Shown one piece after another: positions 52,775 to 64,000 of a stretch of DNA of 64,000 bases (the first letter of the stretch is position 1; every line of letters begins with the position of its first letter). The position numbers and the translations under genes are program-made. The stretch lies in the NCBI GenBank assembly GCA_951406725.2, contig OX597826.1:56482001-56546000 (forward strand), written 5' to 3'. The notes below the pieces were generated by a model that saw only the letters and a list, made by a program, of their open reading frames with translations, made no database searches and was not told the DNA's origin. This stretch comes from Octopus vulgaris. Taxonomy: Eukaryota.

Positions 52775-53245
52775 TGGTATAAAAGGTGGGCTACAGCAAA
52801 TATTCTGCTCAATACCACAAATTTCCTTGTCAGTTGTTTGACCTTTACCAGTTGAGCATGTCCCTTAGTGGCTGATGATATGTGCATCTCTGACCATGAG
52901 CAGAAGTAGTGGGGGAGCATCATAGCCATGTGTTGAAAGGAATTCTTAGAGGTTTGGATAATTCACCTTTGGAAACATGGGTGGTTTGTTCAACATCCTT
53001 AAACAATCCTTATTCAGGGACCTTTTGAGTGGGATGGGCTACTCGACCGGAAGAAAGTTCTAACTGGACCCCACCTGCAAGGTCATGCACTGTTTCTCTT
53101 GATATGAGATCACCATGTTGCGCACATATGGTTATGATGGTGTACCCTTATCAAACAGGTAGTCATGATGGGTATACTGGGCTTCATATATTTTACCCGA
53201 GTGTCACTTTGATGGCATGCACGACTCTCTCACTCAATAGTAATA
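52775..53245. mobile_element. Family E repeat inserted in (AAT)n
   Basis: Reverse complement of 13815-14212 plus an extension. Confidence 0.8.
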
Positions 53246-53302
53246 ATAACAATATCGAAAAATATCTCAGGAATGAGAAGCCAGGTTCGAAATTTCCCCC
53301 AA

Positions 53303-53348
53303 GACACCTGATGAAGGCTGGCAGGTATATCAGCCGAAATGTTGTGTT
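53303..53348 (+). ncRNA. Minimal type I hammerhead ribozyme motif
   Basis: GACAC-CTGATGA-A-GGCTG(GCAGGTATAT)CAGCC-GAAA-TG-TT-GTGTT; stems I and II pair and stem III is minimal. The paralogue at ~45700 reads GAAAC. Confidence 0.72.
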
Positions 53349-53677
53349 AACAACAAACATTATATTAACAAGCAAACAAGGACAAATATCCATCAAATGT
53401 AATGTAATGTTTATATTTTAAGTTCAAATGCCTCAGGGGGTCGACCTTTCCTTTCATCCTTTTGTAGTTAATAAATAAAGTACCAGTTGAGCACTGGAGA
53501 TGACGTAACCAACTTATCCACCACTCTTGAAAATACTGACCTTGTACCAAAATTTGAAATCAGTTTTTCATAATTCTTGGATCTACGAAAAGAAACTGAA
53601 ATATTTAAAAATTAAATTTCATTTGTGGATTTGGTTTGCAAGATTCTTTATGTGAGTTTGTGTGTTGAATCATATTC

Positions 53678-53925
53678 TGTTGTGTCTGGGGAGAGTAATT
53701 TTCTTTTTGTGCCTTTACCTACACCGGTAAAATTTCCACTTATTTCTTATTTTTATTTTCCTAAAATTTTCGTTATGTCTTGCAACCTTTTCAATAGTCT
53801 TGACTCTTGAAAAGGTTGCAAGACGCAACGAAAATTTTAGGAAAATGAAAATAAGAAATAAGTGGAAATTTTACCGGTGTAGTGTGTTAAATCATAAGGC
53901 ACAATGACTCTCCCCAGACACAACA
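53678..53925. repeat. Imperfect ~120-bp-arm palindrome centred at 53800/53801
   Basis: TGTTGTGTCTGGGGAGAGT...CTTTTCAATAGTC-TT-GACTCTTGAAAAG...ACTCTCCCCAGACACAACA. Confidence 0.9.
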
Positions 53926-55172
53926 AATTAAAAATTAAAATCAGATGGAAAAATCAAACAAAAAGAAAAATGAAAAGACACAAACATAACCATGGGGGCT
54001 AAGAAGTTCATTTTTCAATCATGGTGTTCTAGGCACAATCCTACTGCATGGAGCACAGAGCAGGTGTCAAAAACAGTCATTGATAAATTGGCTTCAGTTT
54101 AGCATTAAAAGCCATTAGAATAATGTTTGCGATCGGTTGTGATGAGGTGGCACAGATATAACAAGGATGATCCAACATCTCTGTTAACACTGACATAATT
54201 ACGTAAGGACACTTAAATTTCCTGCAAGCATTATTAATAACTTTTTCACTATCAATCCTTCATGACACACATTTGTTTATTTATTAGTTATCCTGAAAGC
54301 AAAAACACTCTCCTTACACTCAACTATAAAAATTTGAAGATGTGAATGTTTTAAAATAAATCTAACACCATGTGCTAACACCCTTAAGGTCTTCTCCCTC
54401 TGTGAAGAGCAAGTTAATAGATAACTTACTTTCACAGTGGAGAATATAGTATCCCAGCATTAAAAAAATGGTAAAAATCATAAATACAGGCATACCACAA
54501 CCTATGTTGTTTTTGAGCTACGTTTTTTTTTTTTTGTTTTTTTTTACTTTATATTGTTTTATTTTTTAAGGAATTAATGAGAAAAATAAACATCGGCTGA
54601 AGCTGATGCATTTGACTATATGTTGGTCTCACCGAACATATTTGAAAAATTAAAAATTTAAAATGTCACCTAAAAAGCTAGTACTGAAGTGAAAGCAAAA
54701 TATATATGAAAAAGTACAAATTTGTTACTAAAACACATAAAAACTAATCAACATCATCATCATTGTCGTCATTATCCTCATCGTCATCTTCATCATCATT
54801 ATCACCATAATTTAACACCCATTTCCATACTGGCATGGATTGGATGGTTTGTCAGGAGCTGGCAAGGCCAGGAGCCACACCCTGTTCCGCAGTCTGTTTT
54901 GGCCTAGTTTGAACAACTGGATGCCCTTCCTGATGCCAATCACTTTACAGGGTGTATTGGGTGTTTTTATGTGGATTCCCACAAGTTTTTACATGGTCCC
55001 ATCACTATTACTATTACTTATTACATTCCACTGCCACTCTTAGCAGCCCAACAAACACACTCTGCCAGCAAACGACATGCATCTACCAACTGCTACAAAA
55101 TTCAAACCAAGAAGGATGGATGGGATGGCCTTGAAGTTGATTTTAAACTAACAGAGACAACACTTGAATATC

Positions 55173-55395
55173 TGTTTCTTTATTGCCCACAAGGGGCTAA
55201 ACATAGAGGGGACAAACAAGGACAGACAAACGGATTAAGTCGATTACATCGACCCCAGTGCGTAACTGGTACTTAATTTATCGACCCCAAAAGATGAAAG
55301 GCAAAGTCGACATCGGCGGAATTTGAACTCAGAACGCAACAACAGACGCAATACCGCTAAGCATTTCGCCTGGTGTGCTAACGTCTCTGCCAGCT
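55173..55395 (-). mobile_element. SINE family D
   Basis: Closely matches 43373-43602. Confidence 0.85.
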
Positions 55396-55597
55396 TGAAT
55401 ATCACCTGAGGAAACACAACTAGATCACATTATGCAAACATAGAGTTGCACAATCAAATACCTGTATTTTTGAAGAACCACGTGGTGTGGAAACAATTAT
55501 AGTGATTAAAAGACAACTGTGCAACCATACTCCTTCATGTTGACTCCAATTTCTTCAATTTTATATATATATATATATATGGCGTTAGGAAGGGTTG

Positions 55598-55745
55598 TGG
55601 CGTTAGGAAGGGCATCCAGCTGTAGAAATATTGCCAGATAAGACTGGAGCCTGGTGCAGCCTTCTGGCTTCCCAGATCCCCGGTCGAACCGTCCAACCCA
55701 TGCTAGCATGGAGAACGGACGTTAAACGATGATGATGATGATGAT
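55598..55745 (+). mobile_element. Family C repeat 3' part
   Basis: Family body and (GAT)n tail. Confidence 0.82.
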
Positions 55746-56110
55746 ATGTATGTGTGTGTGTATATATATATATATGATGGGCTTCTTTCAGTTTCCATCT
55801 ACCAAATCCACTCACAAGGCTTTGCATACACACATATATGCATGCATGTGTTTATCTTATATCTTATATATATATATATGTTTGTATGTATGTATACACA
55901 TACAATAAAATTATAAGAATGGATGATAGCAGTTCATGCTGTGCAACATATATTTCAGTAGCAAAGCAGTTTATTGATTATCCATGCATTCATTACATCA
56001 TAGGAAAATGCCTGTCATTTCTTCAGGCAATTAAACTGCTGAAGTAAAACAAATTGATTGCACTTACATTCAAACCAGGAAAATCAGAAGAGAAAAACAA
56101 ATACATACAT

Positions 56111-56152
<42 letters not shown>

Positions 56153-57423
56153 TGGGTGGGATGAGGACAGGGTACCAAAAGACCCTCAGACACATGTATG
56201 GTACTGTTTTTGTTTTTTTTAAAAGATAAAGAAAAAAGAGTAGTAAATGGCACAATACTTTTGTTTTCAATGACTTTAATATGACATATTTCCTAAATTC
56301 ATATTTTACATCATTTTTTACTCAAATACAATACTTTAAGTCATTAGTTCCTCACATGGTTTTATATATATATATATATTTTTTTTTTAAGTGGATTTGG
56401 TGGGGAAAGTAGATTTTTCCGGACTCAAACAATTCAGTGTTATTCAAGAATCAGTCAAGTTTTTTTTTTGTTGCTGTTGTTGTTGTTGAAAATTGTGATT
56501 GTTATTTGTTACATTTGGGTGTAATTCACTTTTCAATGGTTTGTTGTTGTTGGTTTCTTTTTTTTTGTTTTTGTTGGATGACAATTATTTGTCCATGTTA
56601 CAGTTAGTTGGCAAGAATAATGATTTTTGGGGGGGAGGAAAAACAATTTAGACAGTTCAAGAACATTCATTTTAATAAAAGACTTTATTTTTTTATATAT
56701 ATTTTTATTAAAAAATTTCTTTTTTCATATATATATATATTTTTTTTTTTTGTGGATTTGTTACTATGACCAGTAATAGTGGCCACCACTAATAAGCTAC
56801 AAATAAAACAGCATCAGTTCAGTTAACAATATTTTCAGCAAGTATTTCCACACCTAAAAGTCACTCACATCCATGCATTCACAGAACAAATGCACACAAA
56901 ATATTTCATATACAAAACAACAACAACAACTGCAATAACAAAGACAAATAGAAGCTCATACACAAACAGAAACATCTATAGTGCAATTCTGATTTGGAGA
57001 TATTGATCAGGGCAGGAAATTGATAATGGAATTATATAAATTAAATATCTTAACAATAATAATAATTACTGTAGGAGGAGGGCATTCACTTTTGGTTTTC
57101 AGAATATCCTGGAAGTTGTACCATCCCTAAAATTGACCCTACTGAGGTGGCTGTCCCTTTATTGAATAAACTTTGTATTTCATAATGTATTAATGTTATT
57201 ATTATTATATATATATATATATTTATATTTATATGTTGTTGGTATTTTTCAATGTTTGTTTTTTTCATATTCGATGTAAACACCAATGTTTTTTGAAAAA
57301 TTCTCCCTTTCCCCTTGCATTGTCTCCCAACATCACCCTTGTTGCACTAAGGGCCATTATTATTATTATTATTAGTAGTAGTAGTATTGTTTGTTGTTGT
57401 GGTTATTGTCATCATCATCATCA

Positions 57424-57521
<98 letters not shown>

Positions 57522-57740
57522 TAGGCAGTGAGCTGGCAGAATTGTGAGCATGCTTGGGGGAATGCTTAGCAATACTTCATCCGTTGCTACGTTCTGAGTT
57601 CAAATTCTTCCAAGGTCGACTTTGCTTTTCATCCTTTTGGGGTCGATAAATTTTACATACCAGTTAAACACCAGGGGGCGATGTAATCGACTAGACACCA
57701 CCCACCAAATTTCACACCTTGTGCCTTCAGTAGAAAAGAT
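57522..57740 (+). mobile_element. SINE family D
   Basis: GGCAGTGAGCTGGCAGAA...GTTCTGAGTTCAAATTC head and family body. Confidence 0.8.
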
Positions 57741-57780
57741 TATCATTATTATGATTTCACATACACACAACAGATCAGAC

Positions 57781-58522
57781 CAGCGTTTCTCAACCAGGGT
57801 TCCCCAGAATCCTAGGATTCTGCAAAATGGTTCCTAGAGGTTCCACAAAAAAGAATGAGATAAGCTAATTCTAATTTCATGATTGAAATATTATTATATA
57901 TGCACAACATACATATTATTTGTTATTGTAATATTGTAACAGACATCATCCTACTATGTTATCAAAAAAATATAACAACCATATATACATACACACACAC
58001 ACACAAGCATATATATATACTCTTTTACTCTTTTACTTGTTTCAGTCATTTGACTGCGGCCATGCTGGAGCACCGCCTTTAGTCGAGCAAATCGACCCCG
58101 GGACTTATTCTTTGTAAGCCCAGTACTTATTCTATCGGTCTCTTTTGCCGAACCGCTAAGTGATGGGGACGTAAACACACCAGCATCAGTTGTCAAGTAA
58201 TGCTAGGGTGACAAACACAGACACACAAACATATACACACACACTTATATATATATACATATATACGACAGGCTTCTTTCAGTTTCCGTCTACCAAATCC
58301 ACTCACAAGGCATTGGTCGGCCCGGGGCTATAGCAGAAGACACTTGCCCAAGATGCCACGCAGTGGAACTGAACCCGGAACCATGGTTGATATTTACCAC
58401 ATGAACTATGATGAAAAAAATATGAGAAAGATATAGTATATAATTTTTTTTTGTGCAAGGGTTTCTTGAGACATGTAATTTATTTGAAGGTCACGCAAGG
58501 GTAAAGAGGTTGAGAAACACTG
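57781..58522. mobile_element. hAT (Charlie-like) MITE carrying a nested family A SINE
   Basis: TIRs CAGCGTTTCTCAACC / GGTTGAGAAACACTG; 8-bp TSD GATCAGAC (57773-80) / GATTAGAC (58523-30). Confidence 0.85.
58015..58388 (-). mobile_element. SINE family A, 5'-clipped
   Basis: Closely similar to 32025-32400. Confidence 0.88.
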
Positions 58523-58549
58523 GATTAGACTTTTGGAAAAGAAAAATTC

Positions 58550-58695
58550 CTAACATCGGGCTACAAGTAACCTTAGATGCCAAGAACCCTCCTAAGTATT
58601 CTACCTGTCTCTAATAAGTGTTTTCTGGAGCTATTCTAAATGAGGGTTTATGCCTGTTTCTTCTATCCATCTGTTCAAATCTTTAGGGATATCAT
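58550..58695 (-). pseudogene. Extreme C-terminal relic of an R4/Dong-like LINE next to (ATT)n
   Basis: IPKDLNRWIEETGINPHLE*LQKT followed, after a frameshift, by TGRILRRVLGI*. Confidence 0.55.
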
Positions 58696-58723
58696 TATCA
58701 TTATAATTATAATTACTATTGTA

Positions 58724-58764
<41 letters not shown>

Positions 58765-59059
58765 CATTATTATTAGGGTAGTGTGGTGCCAGAATCATTA
58801 GTTCACTGGACAAAAAGCTTTGTGGTATATTTCTTCTGTCTTTATGCTCAGAGTTCAAATACCACTGTGATTAATTTTGCCTTTCATCTTTTGGGATCAC
58901 TGAAATAAGTGCCCATTTGAGCCCCTACATCAGTGCATTTAACTAGCTGCTACCCTAAAATTTCAGCCATTGTGCCTATAGTAGAAAGAATTATTATTAT
59001 CATTATTGTTGTGGTTGTTATCATCATCCTCATCATAATTATTTATAATAATAATAATA

Positions 59060-59106
<47 letters not shown>

Positions 59107-59450
59107 TACTAGTATTATTATTATTATTATTATTTTTATCATTTTCATTAGCATCTTTCAATTTTGTTTCCATTTCTTGCTGAGTATCTTCCTAACACCT
59201 AGGACAGACAGACATACTGTATACATTGGTAGACCATTAAAACAAACACACCAATTGTTCATTAAACCCTCCTGGGGGTTAAATGGCAGTATTGCTGTCT
59301 CTTAGTGGACAGCTACATTAGAGTGGTGTGGAGCAATGCCTCTACATTGGAAAATATTCTAGATATAGTAAAACAAAAAAAAAAAATGTAGTAGTAGTAG
59401 ATTTTGTATTTTCTTTGGTGGAAGTGGTGGTGGTGGTAGTAGTAATAGTA

Positions 59451-59511
<61 letters not shown>

Positions 59512-59610
59512 AAGAAGAAGAAGAAGAAGAAGAAGTAGTAGTAGCAGTTGTAGAAGTAGTTAGTAGTAGTAGTAGCATCTTTTGTGTTCTCTTTGGTGGT
59601 GGTGGTGATG

Positions 59611-59698
<88 letters not shown>

Positions 59699-60565
59699 AA
59701 TGAAATGCTGGTATTGATAAGAGTAACAGACAGAAGCTATTAGATCAGATCATGCAATGAAGTCCTGGGTTCAAATCCCAGTATGAAATCCTGTTGTTCC
59801 TTGAAGCACACATACATCAAATTCCATTTCAGGAAACTGATCTCCGGTCCATAATACTCTCAGTGGAAGGAGCAAGAAAGACTGAAACCAAAAACCAATT
59901 GAGGAAAGTTAATTTCAGTAGACTAGCATCCCATCCCTGTGCCAATCATAATCATCTGAAGACGACAGAATGAAGAGTCAAGTAAAGAAGAAACTACATC
60001 ATAAACATTACAATAATTTAGTTCGTTACGGTTCATAATAGGATTAACTTGAATTCCGCTTCTCCCAAACCCATGCTCACCGCCGCCCACCACCACAAGT
60101 TCTTTGAAGACAAAATAATGTTTTTTTATTATTATTAGTATTATTTATTCTTAATTTTTTTTTTTTTTTTTTGGTTTTTCTCTAAACATAAGAGGTTAGC
60201 CATTTAAATATTATTTCGTCTTATTTTATTTTGTTTTATTTTATTTTATTATATTTTTATAATATTTTATTTTACTATATTTTGGTATAAGTTTTACTCT
60301 CGGAATGATATGTCAAATGTCAAATGAACATGAAGATCAAATGTGTTTATTGAAAAGAGTAGATAGTTAGCAGTCTGGAAAGTCTTCCACTTTTCAATAC
60401 TGCTTCACTTTATTAAAGCTCTACTCTGTTGCCACCACTTATTCAAATGAAATGTTACTGTAATCTCCAGGCAAAAAGAGAGGAAAATAGGTTATATAGT
60501 AGAATAGTTTACTAATGAGATGGAATATATCTGATACTGCTTCCATACTCCATGTCTTTCTGCAG

Positions 60566-60583
60566 ACAATGTCAGTAGGTCAC
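60566..60583 (+). CDS. Candidate 18-nt microexon
   Basis: TACTAAT branch consensus (~60510), TGC-containing pyrimidine tract ending TCTTTCTGCAG, 18 nt ACAATGTCAGTAGGTCAC, donor GTAAGA; length is a multiple of 3. Confidence 0.45.
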
Positions 60584-60599
60584 GTAAGAAAAGGAACCT

Positions 60600-60709
60600 A
60601 GACAGACACACACACGCACATACACACACATACATACATACACACATATAACTTGATAACTAGACCCACAAATGTGTCTGTATATATAGATGTGTATGCG
60701 TGTGTGAGT

Positions 60710-60741
<32 letters not shown>

Positions 60742-60851
60742 TATTATATATATATATATACATGTATATGTATATATACATGCATATATATATCAATATA
60801 TGTATATAAACATATCAATATATAAGTGTATATATATGTGTGTGTGTGTAC

Positions 60852-60883
<32 letters not shown>

Positions 60884-61001
60884 GTATGTGTATATATATA
60901 TATATGTATGTGTATATGTATATATATATATATACACTTATATATATATGTAGCTATACATATGTATGTATATTTATATATATAGATATATATATGCATG
61001 C

Positions 61002-61039
<38 letters not shown>

Positions 61040-61069
61040 ATATATATACATATATATATATACATATAC

Positions 61070-61115
<46 letters not shown>

Positions 61116-61156
61116 ATATATATACATATATATATATATACATATACATATATACA

Positions 61157-61205
<49 letters not shown>

Positions 61206-61660
61206 TATATATATTTGTGCTTGTGTATGTATGTATACATATCATGCAGAGAGATAGATAGGTTGATAAAATAGAAAACGTTTCTTTCTTTTTTTTTTGT
61301 CAAATCCTACATAAAAGAGGAACATCTTAGTCGTAACAAGAAATTAAAGAAAAAAAAAAGCATATCATCAACAGAATCACGTATATTGTTCTTAGTGTTG
61401 TTGTTTTTGTTGTTGTCTGTAAGCCGTATTTGGCACACACACACACACACTCACACACGCACACATATACATTATGTGTATATGTGTATGTATATTGTTA
61501 TAGATTGTAATTCAATGCAATGTAAGATGTAATGAGATATATTGGATGTAGTGAATAAAGGTGGTTTGGAAGCTTGAATAAGAACAACATCACACACATT
61601 GTCATACTGAACATTCATATATAGAGACAGATATATTTATACACACACACACGAATATAT

Positions 61661-61713
<53 letters not shown>

Positions 61714-61745
61714 CATACATATATATGTATATGTATATATATGTT
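60600..61745. repeat. (TA)n/(TG)n microsatellite field
   Basis: Directly visible. Confidence 0.9.
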
Positions 61746-61987
61746 TATTTCATTTGCATCTACCATATTCACTTACAAGGCTTTGTTAAGTCAGCCCACT
61801 GCATTAGTAAAAGACACTTGCCTAATGTGCCATACAGTGGGACTGAACCTGAGACCACATGGTTTGAAAGTAAACTTCTTAATCCTATAAGCACACCTGC
61901 CTCTATCAGAAAAGACAAATGATAGATTGGTGAATGTAATTACAAATATACAAGTACTATAAGTGAGTCATGGTTGGAATGTTTTAA

Positions 61988-62336
61988 TCATAGGCTTTCT
62001 TAGTCATGTCTGGTGACCCCTTGACCATGGAATTGCTCCTAAAATATTCCCCTCCGGGGCACAAGTCTGGGCAAGGCTGTTTATGGAAGACGAGCAGTCG
62101 CTCATGCATACCAGCCTCCCCTCTCCATGCCACCGATGTTATTGAAAAGAAAGGCAAAGGCCGATACATCTTGGCACCAGTGATGTCACAACTCATTTCT
62201 ACAGCTGAGTGAACTGGAGCAACATGAAATAAAGTGTCTTGCTCAAGAACACAACACATAAACCTGTCTGGGAATCGAACTCACTACCTCATGATTGCAA
62301 GTCTAATGCTCTAACCACTTAGCCATGTGCCTTCAC
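61988..62336 (-). mobile_element. SINE family B
   Basis: Reverse complement of 4414-4748. Confidence 0.85.
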
Positions 62337-62580
62337 TAATCATGATTAACCTGATACTAAACAAAAGCAACACCGACCAGACTAGTCATTTTGCATCTGC
62401 TGGTCTGGAGAGATGGAACTGTGGATGTTTGGTGTCTTATGAAGTGAAGGCATGAGGGCTTGGTGGATACAGTCTAGCACTCAGGATTCTCAGATTATGG
62501 TTTTGATTCTTGGGTCAGGTAGTACATTGTGCTTTTGCACGAAACACTTAATTTCATTTTGCTCCAGTTCACTTAGCAGT

Positions 62581-62924
62581 CTTTGGAGGAGGAGACCCCC
62601 TTCGGTCATGAATGACCATAGGATGGCACCTAGAAAGTTACCCTCCGAGGCACAAGTCCAGGCAAGGTTGTTTATGGAAGACCAGCAGTCACCCATGCAT
62701 ACCGGCCTCCCCTCTCCATGCCACCAATGTTATCCAAGGGAAAGGCAAAAGCCGATTCAGCTTGGCACCAGTGATGTCGCAACTCATTTCTAAAGCTGAA
62801 TGAACTGGAGCAACATGAAATAAAGTGTCTTGCTCAAGAACATAACACACAGCCTGGTCCGGAAATCGAACTCACAACCTCACGATTGTAAGCTTGATGC
62901 TCTAACCACTGAACCATGCGCCTT
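62581..62924 (-). mobile_element. SINE family B inserted into an older B-like head (62445-62580)
   Basis: TSD CACTTAGCAGT at 62570-62580 and 62925-62935. Confidence 0.85.
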
Positions 62925-62944
62925 CACTTAGCAGTAGATAAATA

Positions 62945-63508
62945 AAATAAAATAAAATGGCACTCTGCAAGTTATGATGATGAGTGGTCCAGTTGATCTG
63001 ATGAATGGAAAAGCTTGCTCATGAAATTAACATGCAAGTGGCTGAGTGCTTCACAGACATGTATGACCATAACCCTTTCATTACCGTATTTACTTTGAGA
63101 TGCTATGTGTTTCTGTCAATTAATTTTAAATATAACAAGGAATTTAGTAAATTAACTTAGTTGTCATTAAACTAGTGTTAGGAACACAAATTGTGACTAA
63201 GGTTTGGTGAAAGATTTTAATTCAGAACTTTTGTAAACAAGACATTTTTACTACAGAGCCAGATCTAGTTTCAGTCAGGTTTGTATCGAAAGGGTTAATG
63301 TTGTTCTCAAGGAGATTCAGCATGACACAAGATGTGACAAAATGGGTCCTTTGAAATACAGGTCCTACTCGTTTTCACCAGCAGAGTGGACTGGAGCAGT
63401 GTGAAATAAAGTGTCTTGCTTAAGGACACAATGCACTGCAAGGAATTGAATTCACAATTTTGCAATTGTAAGCCGAATACTCCTTATCAGTAAGCCACGT
63501 ACCTTCAC
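62945..63508 (-). mobile_element. tRNA/CORE-headed SINE with a different body, interrupted by a MITE
   Basis: Head 63375-63508 is homologous to the family B head; the body is split at 63073-63294. Confidence 0.65.
63073..63294. mobile_element. piggyBac-like MITE
   Basis: CCC...GGG ends, TIRs CCCTTTCATTAC / GTATCGAAAGGG, flanks ATAA / TTAA. Confidence 0.72.
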
Positions 63509-63619
63509 TGAAAATGAATAAACTCGTGAGGGACCAGTGACCTGTTCAAAGGAGGATTGTGATATTGGTCACTTTAAGCCATGAAGGCTGAGTAACCAGC
63601 TAAATGAGTGTTAGGACTC

Positions 63620-64000
63620 AAAGCAGAATTTTACTCTACTTAGGTCTCACCGAGGAAATGATTAGAGACCGAGACCTTTGGAAGCATGCTGTGCAGGAGA
63701 AGACCTGGCAGGACAAGTGAGACCATAACCCATGGCCTCAGTCCACCTATGCATACCTTTCCCTCTTGGGACACAAAACTCTACTTGTGAAGACCTGTTG
63801 AGGCAAGTGAAATCAAAAGCTAAATTGATCAACATCAATGGAAATTGTAGCTGTGATACCAGTGCCAGTGGCACACAAGAGAACCATCCGAACATGGCTG
63901 TTGCCAGCAACGCCCTGACTGGCTTCTGTGCCGGTGGCATGTAAAGAGCACCATCCAATCGTGGCCATTGCCAGCCTTGCCTGGCCTCTGTGCCGGTGGC
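63620..64000 (+). mobile_element. Upstream portion of a family C / RTE-like element running off the window
   Basis: Shares AATGGAAATTGTAG...CCAGTG and GGTGGCATGTAAA-AGCACC repeats with 50400-50560. Confidence 0.7.

Larger units (their letters stand above)
52652..53410 (+). mobile_element. tRNA-headed SINE family F with hammerhead-bearing tail, interrupted by family E in its (AAT)n spacer
   Basis: A box TGGTGTAGTGG (52659-52669), B box GAGTTCGATTCC (52702-52713). Head-spacer-body linkage is confirmed by the copy at 45648-45867; a tail fragment also occurs at ~51958-52035. Confidence 0.78.

Overview
Repeat-dominated, AT-rich eukaryotic DNA. It is most likely intronic or intergenic sequence from an octopus-type cephalopod; this is inferred from the SINE families and the (TA)n/(CA)n/(GAT)n/(AAT)n microsatellite load. 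No complete protein-coding gene can be supported, and almost all ORFs in the track are low-complexity translation artefacts. Recognisable content: many tRNA-headed or LINE-tailed SINE copies (several nested, some with target-site duplications); fragments of CR1-, RTE- and R4/Dong-like LINEs; decayed DD37D (maT) and mariner transposases; hAT, piggyBac, pogo/Tigger and Helentron-type non-autonomous elements; several satellites; and a few weak exon candidates, including an 18-nt microexon. The most striking signal is a set of type I hammerhead ribozyme (HHR) motifs of the kind known from Penelope-like elements and retrozymes. (1) A young ~1.36-kb head-to-head fold-back of a 489-bp ORF-poor, self-structured monomer (48858-50215) has an intact HHR in each arm, and its inversion centre lies 8-10 nt 3' of the predicted cleavage site. 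(2) A second HHR palindrome lies at 25790-26107. (3) A tRNA-headed (Pol III) SINE has a minimal HHR in its tail (52652-53410). (4) Further degenerate HHR-like motifs occur. All RNA structures were folded by eye, and SINE boundaries are approximate.
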